Part shown: one piece after another, positions 7,993-10,249 of the stretch | How positions within the stretch are numbered: the first letter of the stretch is position 1 | Layout of the letters: every line of letters starts with the position of its first letter | Assembly (NCBI GenBank): GCA_024704765.1 | Contig: JAKMXF010000167.1 | Span: 1 to 10,249 of the forward strand | Length of the DNA stretch: 10,249 bases | Source: Oopsacas minuta | Taxonomy: Eukaryota; Animalia; Porifera | Reading direction: 5' to 3' | Made by a program: the position numbers and the translations under genes | The notes under the pieces: model-generated | Seen by the model: the letters and a program-made list of their open reading frames with translations, nothing else | Databases searched by the model: none | Told to the model about the DNA's origin: nothing

Positions 7993-9491
7993 ATATGAGA
8001 TACTCCAATGTGGTGATCTAGAAAAGCTTATCAAGAAACGTACTCACCTGGATGATTCGCACCATTATTATGTTACTCTCGAGGTTACCTTTGATATCAT
8101 CAAATGTGCGCATGTTGCAACTGGACATTGTGGTCGGGACCGAATAATCAAAGAACTACAACTAAAGTATGTCAACGTCGCAACCAAATCCCTGTGCGAA
8201 GAGTGCCAAAATAAAAGGAAGAGAACTATGACAAAAGGTGTTGTTGTACGTCCCATACTTACCAAGGAGTACTCATATAGGGGTCAAGTTGATCTAATAG
8301 ATATGCAAGTTATGCTTCATTCACAAAACAAATGGATTTTGGTTTACCAGGACAAGTTCTGTGTTCTCAAACCTCTCACAATAAACCGCGCAGCTGAAGT
8401 GACATTTGAACTTGTAAATATCTTTTTGCTTCTGGGTGCATCTGCCATTCTTCAGAGTGATTATGGCTCAGAATTTAAGCCAGTGTGATCACAGATCTGA
8501 AATAAGTGTGGTCAAAACTAGCTCTGGTTCATGGAAAGCCCCACCATCCACAAAGTCAAGGTTCTGTGGAACGCGCAAATGGAGACCCAAAGGATGTGCT
8601 TGTTGCCTGGCTTGCAGACAACAGAGCGCAATATGGGACTGTTGGGATTAGATTTGTACAGTTCCAAAGAATTCCGCTTTTTCATTTGGAATAAAGTGCT
8701 CCCCTTATTCGGTCATGTTTGGATGTGAGGCTCGTGTTGGCCTAACATCACTGTCTCTTCCATCAGAGGTGATAAACACCCTAGAAAGTGAAAATGATCT
8801 AGCAGCTATTGTTAGTGACTCACATACAGCTTAGACTGATAATTTAATCACTCCAGTTGCTATCACATCATTGCAGCCCTGTGATACTAGTATCACTTCA
8901 ATTAAACTCGGAGATACTTTCACTAAAGAACAACTCTCGGATCCTCGAAATGAATTTGGAGAAGTCATTCTAATCAAACTCCCTTACAAAATATTGAAAA
9001 GAATGCAGCCCAGATCATGTTAAATAGGGAAAATCCACACACAGTATAAATGTTCAGGCTGAAAGGATGGTGAAGCGTAGCTTCTTAAGCTTCAAGCTGA
9101 GATAGTTGAAGATAATGTAGTTGTTCCAATTCCAACAGTGGATCGTGAGAGAGGGTATGCCCGAAATATCCTTGGCGTAATCATACACAGAGACTTGAAA
9201 ACAGACCAGTATACAATTGGCGTCAAATTTGGGGTATTGAAAGGGCAATACTCAAGAAATCAGTTTGACCTTTGTCCTCAACGCTTGTTATCAACAACTA
9301 GCATCAATACTGAGATCACAGTGTCACTGCGTTCAGCTGTCATCGCTCAGTCAGCTTCTGCTCGACAAGCTTTTGCTAAATGCATTTGTAATGGCCCGAG
9401 CAAGTGTAAATCGAACAGATGTAAGTACTACAAAGCAAAACTTAAGTGAAATTCTCGGTGTCACGGAAGTCTCACTTATACTAACAAATAT
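7993..9491 (+). pseudogene. KRBA2/SCAND3-like DDE integrase-type transposase (Ginger2/GingerRoot-like DNA transposon), frameshifted
   Basis: YEILQCGDLEKLIKKR...HVATGHCGRDR...CEECQNKRKR...RGQVDLIDMQ (D 8291)...ILQSDYGSEF (D 8459)...HGKPHHPQSQGSVERAN (E 8569)...MFGCEARVGL...AERMVKRS...DNVVVPIPTVDR...QYSRNQF...CICNGPSKCKSNRCKYYKAKLK*NSRCH. It begins at a probable splice acceptor (TTTTAG|A, 7992/7993). Exact superfamily is uncertain. Confidence 0.88.
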
Positions 9492-9587
9492 TATCTTAAC
9501 ATTTCTTCAACTTATTGTTGTGTTCACTAGGAAAAATTGTATCGCTTACTTCATTAGTGTTTAGTAAATTAACGAAATAACTAGGTC

Positions 9588-9724
9588 TGTTGCATAGATT
9601 AGTGAGGCACGTAGAATATTGAGGCACTGTATACACAGACCATGGCTGAATATCTACTGTAGAATATTGAGGCACGGTAACAGAGGGAGAAACTATATAC
9701 AGAATGTGTAGTTATCATCATGCG
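9588..9724. repeat. Terminal inverted repeat of copy B (~137 bp) with internal direct repeats
   Basis: GTAGAATATTGAGGCAC at 9611-9627 and 9659-9675, plus a partial TGAGGCAC at 9603-9610. The 9612-9724 segment is inverse-homologous to 785-872. Confidence 0.8.
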
Positions 9725-9978
9725 ATTTTCTTTTATTAATTGTATCTACGTTTGGGATATATTTGTTTTTGACTACAGATACAGTGAAATTCATTAATTA
9801 TTATTACAGACACGGTCAATACGAATCTCCTGGTTAAGCAAGCAAGTAAATTCCAAAATTTGGTCTTTCAATACTTTGCAACTAATTTCACAATGGTTAA
9901 TACAAACTTTGGACAAGATAAACGATTTGATGGTTTCTGACGTTCACATTAGTGAGGCTATACTGTAATGAACAAAAT

Positions 9979-10249
9979 TTAACTTGTTATTACACTGAGA
10001 ATACAATCTTGAAATTTATGATACTGCGGTTGTGGTTTCTTAGAGCCTCTGAGCAAGCTCCAGCGAACTTCCCGAGTTAATTTGCCTTGATTTCCATAGC
10101 AGTTGTTTGCAACACACACATCGACGTCAAGAAAATTAGACAATGCTATTATTTCCACATCGCTACCCCAAGTTCCTTCTTGAGACACAAGATGTTCATT
10201 CATGAAGTATTTACAAGGATTAGTTAATTTCTGTTTAAAATACCAACCA
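9979..10249 (-). pseudogene. OTU-like cysteine protease (deubiquitinase-type) domain, C-terminal half
   Basis: GWYFKQKLTNPCKYFMNEHLVSQEGTWGSDVEIIALSNFLDVDVCVANN matches the OTU W-G-x-x-x-E-I-x-A-L-x-x-x-L-x-V-x-I/V pattern. The downstream catalytic-His motif is not recognisable (looks degraded) and the Cys box would lie outside the window. Confidence 0.7.

Larger units (their letters stand above)
9588..10249 (-). mobile_element. Ginger1-type DNA transposon, copy B: 3' end, continuing beyond the right window edge
   Basis: Starts TGTTG at 9588 (TGT-type terminus, inferred), carries the repeat that matches 785-872 in inverted orientation, and includes an OTU-like coding remnant on the minus strand. 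Confidence 0.65.

Noticed and set aside
7768-9587. Possible degenerate terminal repeats of the KRBA2-like element (TTTACTAA/GTAAGC words at ~7778-7793 versus ~9541-9568)
   Set aside because: Requires an 11-bp gap in AT-rich sequence and is not distinguishable from chance.
785-9724. One large composite transposon bounded by the two inverted repeats
   Set aside because: The repeats face outwards, with element-internal genes lying outside the interval, so they do not bracket the intervening DNA as a mobile unit.

Overview
AT-rich eukaryotic (probably invertebrate animal) DNA made almost entirely of decayed transposable elements, with a 965-N assembly gap (6543-7507) and no convincing host gene. 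Left to right: (1) the 5' part of an intron-containing Ginger1-type DNA transposon on the minus strand (YP motif plus an H-X5-H-X29-C-X2-C integrase zinc finger split over three exons, running off the left edge), with a 68-bp TA-flanked MITE in one intron; (2) a Ty3/Gypsy relic on the minus strand (candidate LTR and PBS, gag zinc knuckle, protease remnant, RT, RNase H) that stops before its own integrase, right at the Ginger1 end; (3) about 2.3 kb of unassigned DNA; (4) a ~550-bp non-autonomous Helitron; (5) after the gap, a KRBA2/SCAND3-like DDE integrase-type transposase pseudogene on the plus strand; (6) the 3' end of a second Ginger1-type copy carrying an OTU-like protease domain. The two Ginger1 ends share a ~93% identical inverted repeat (785-872 versus 9612-9724) facing outwards. 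All family calls come from manual translation and motif recognition, not database searches.
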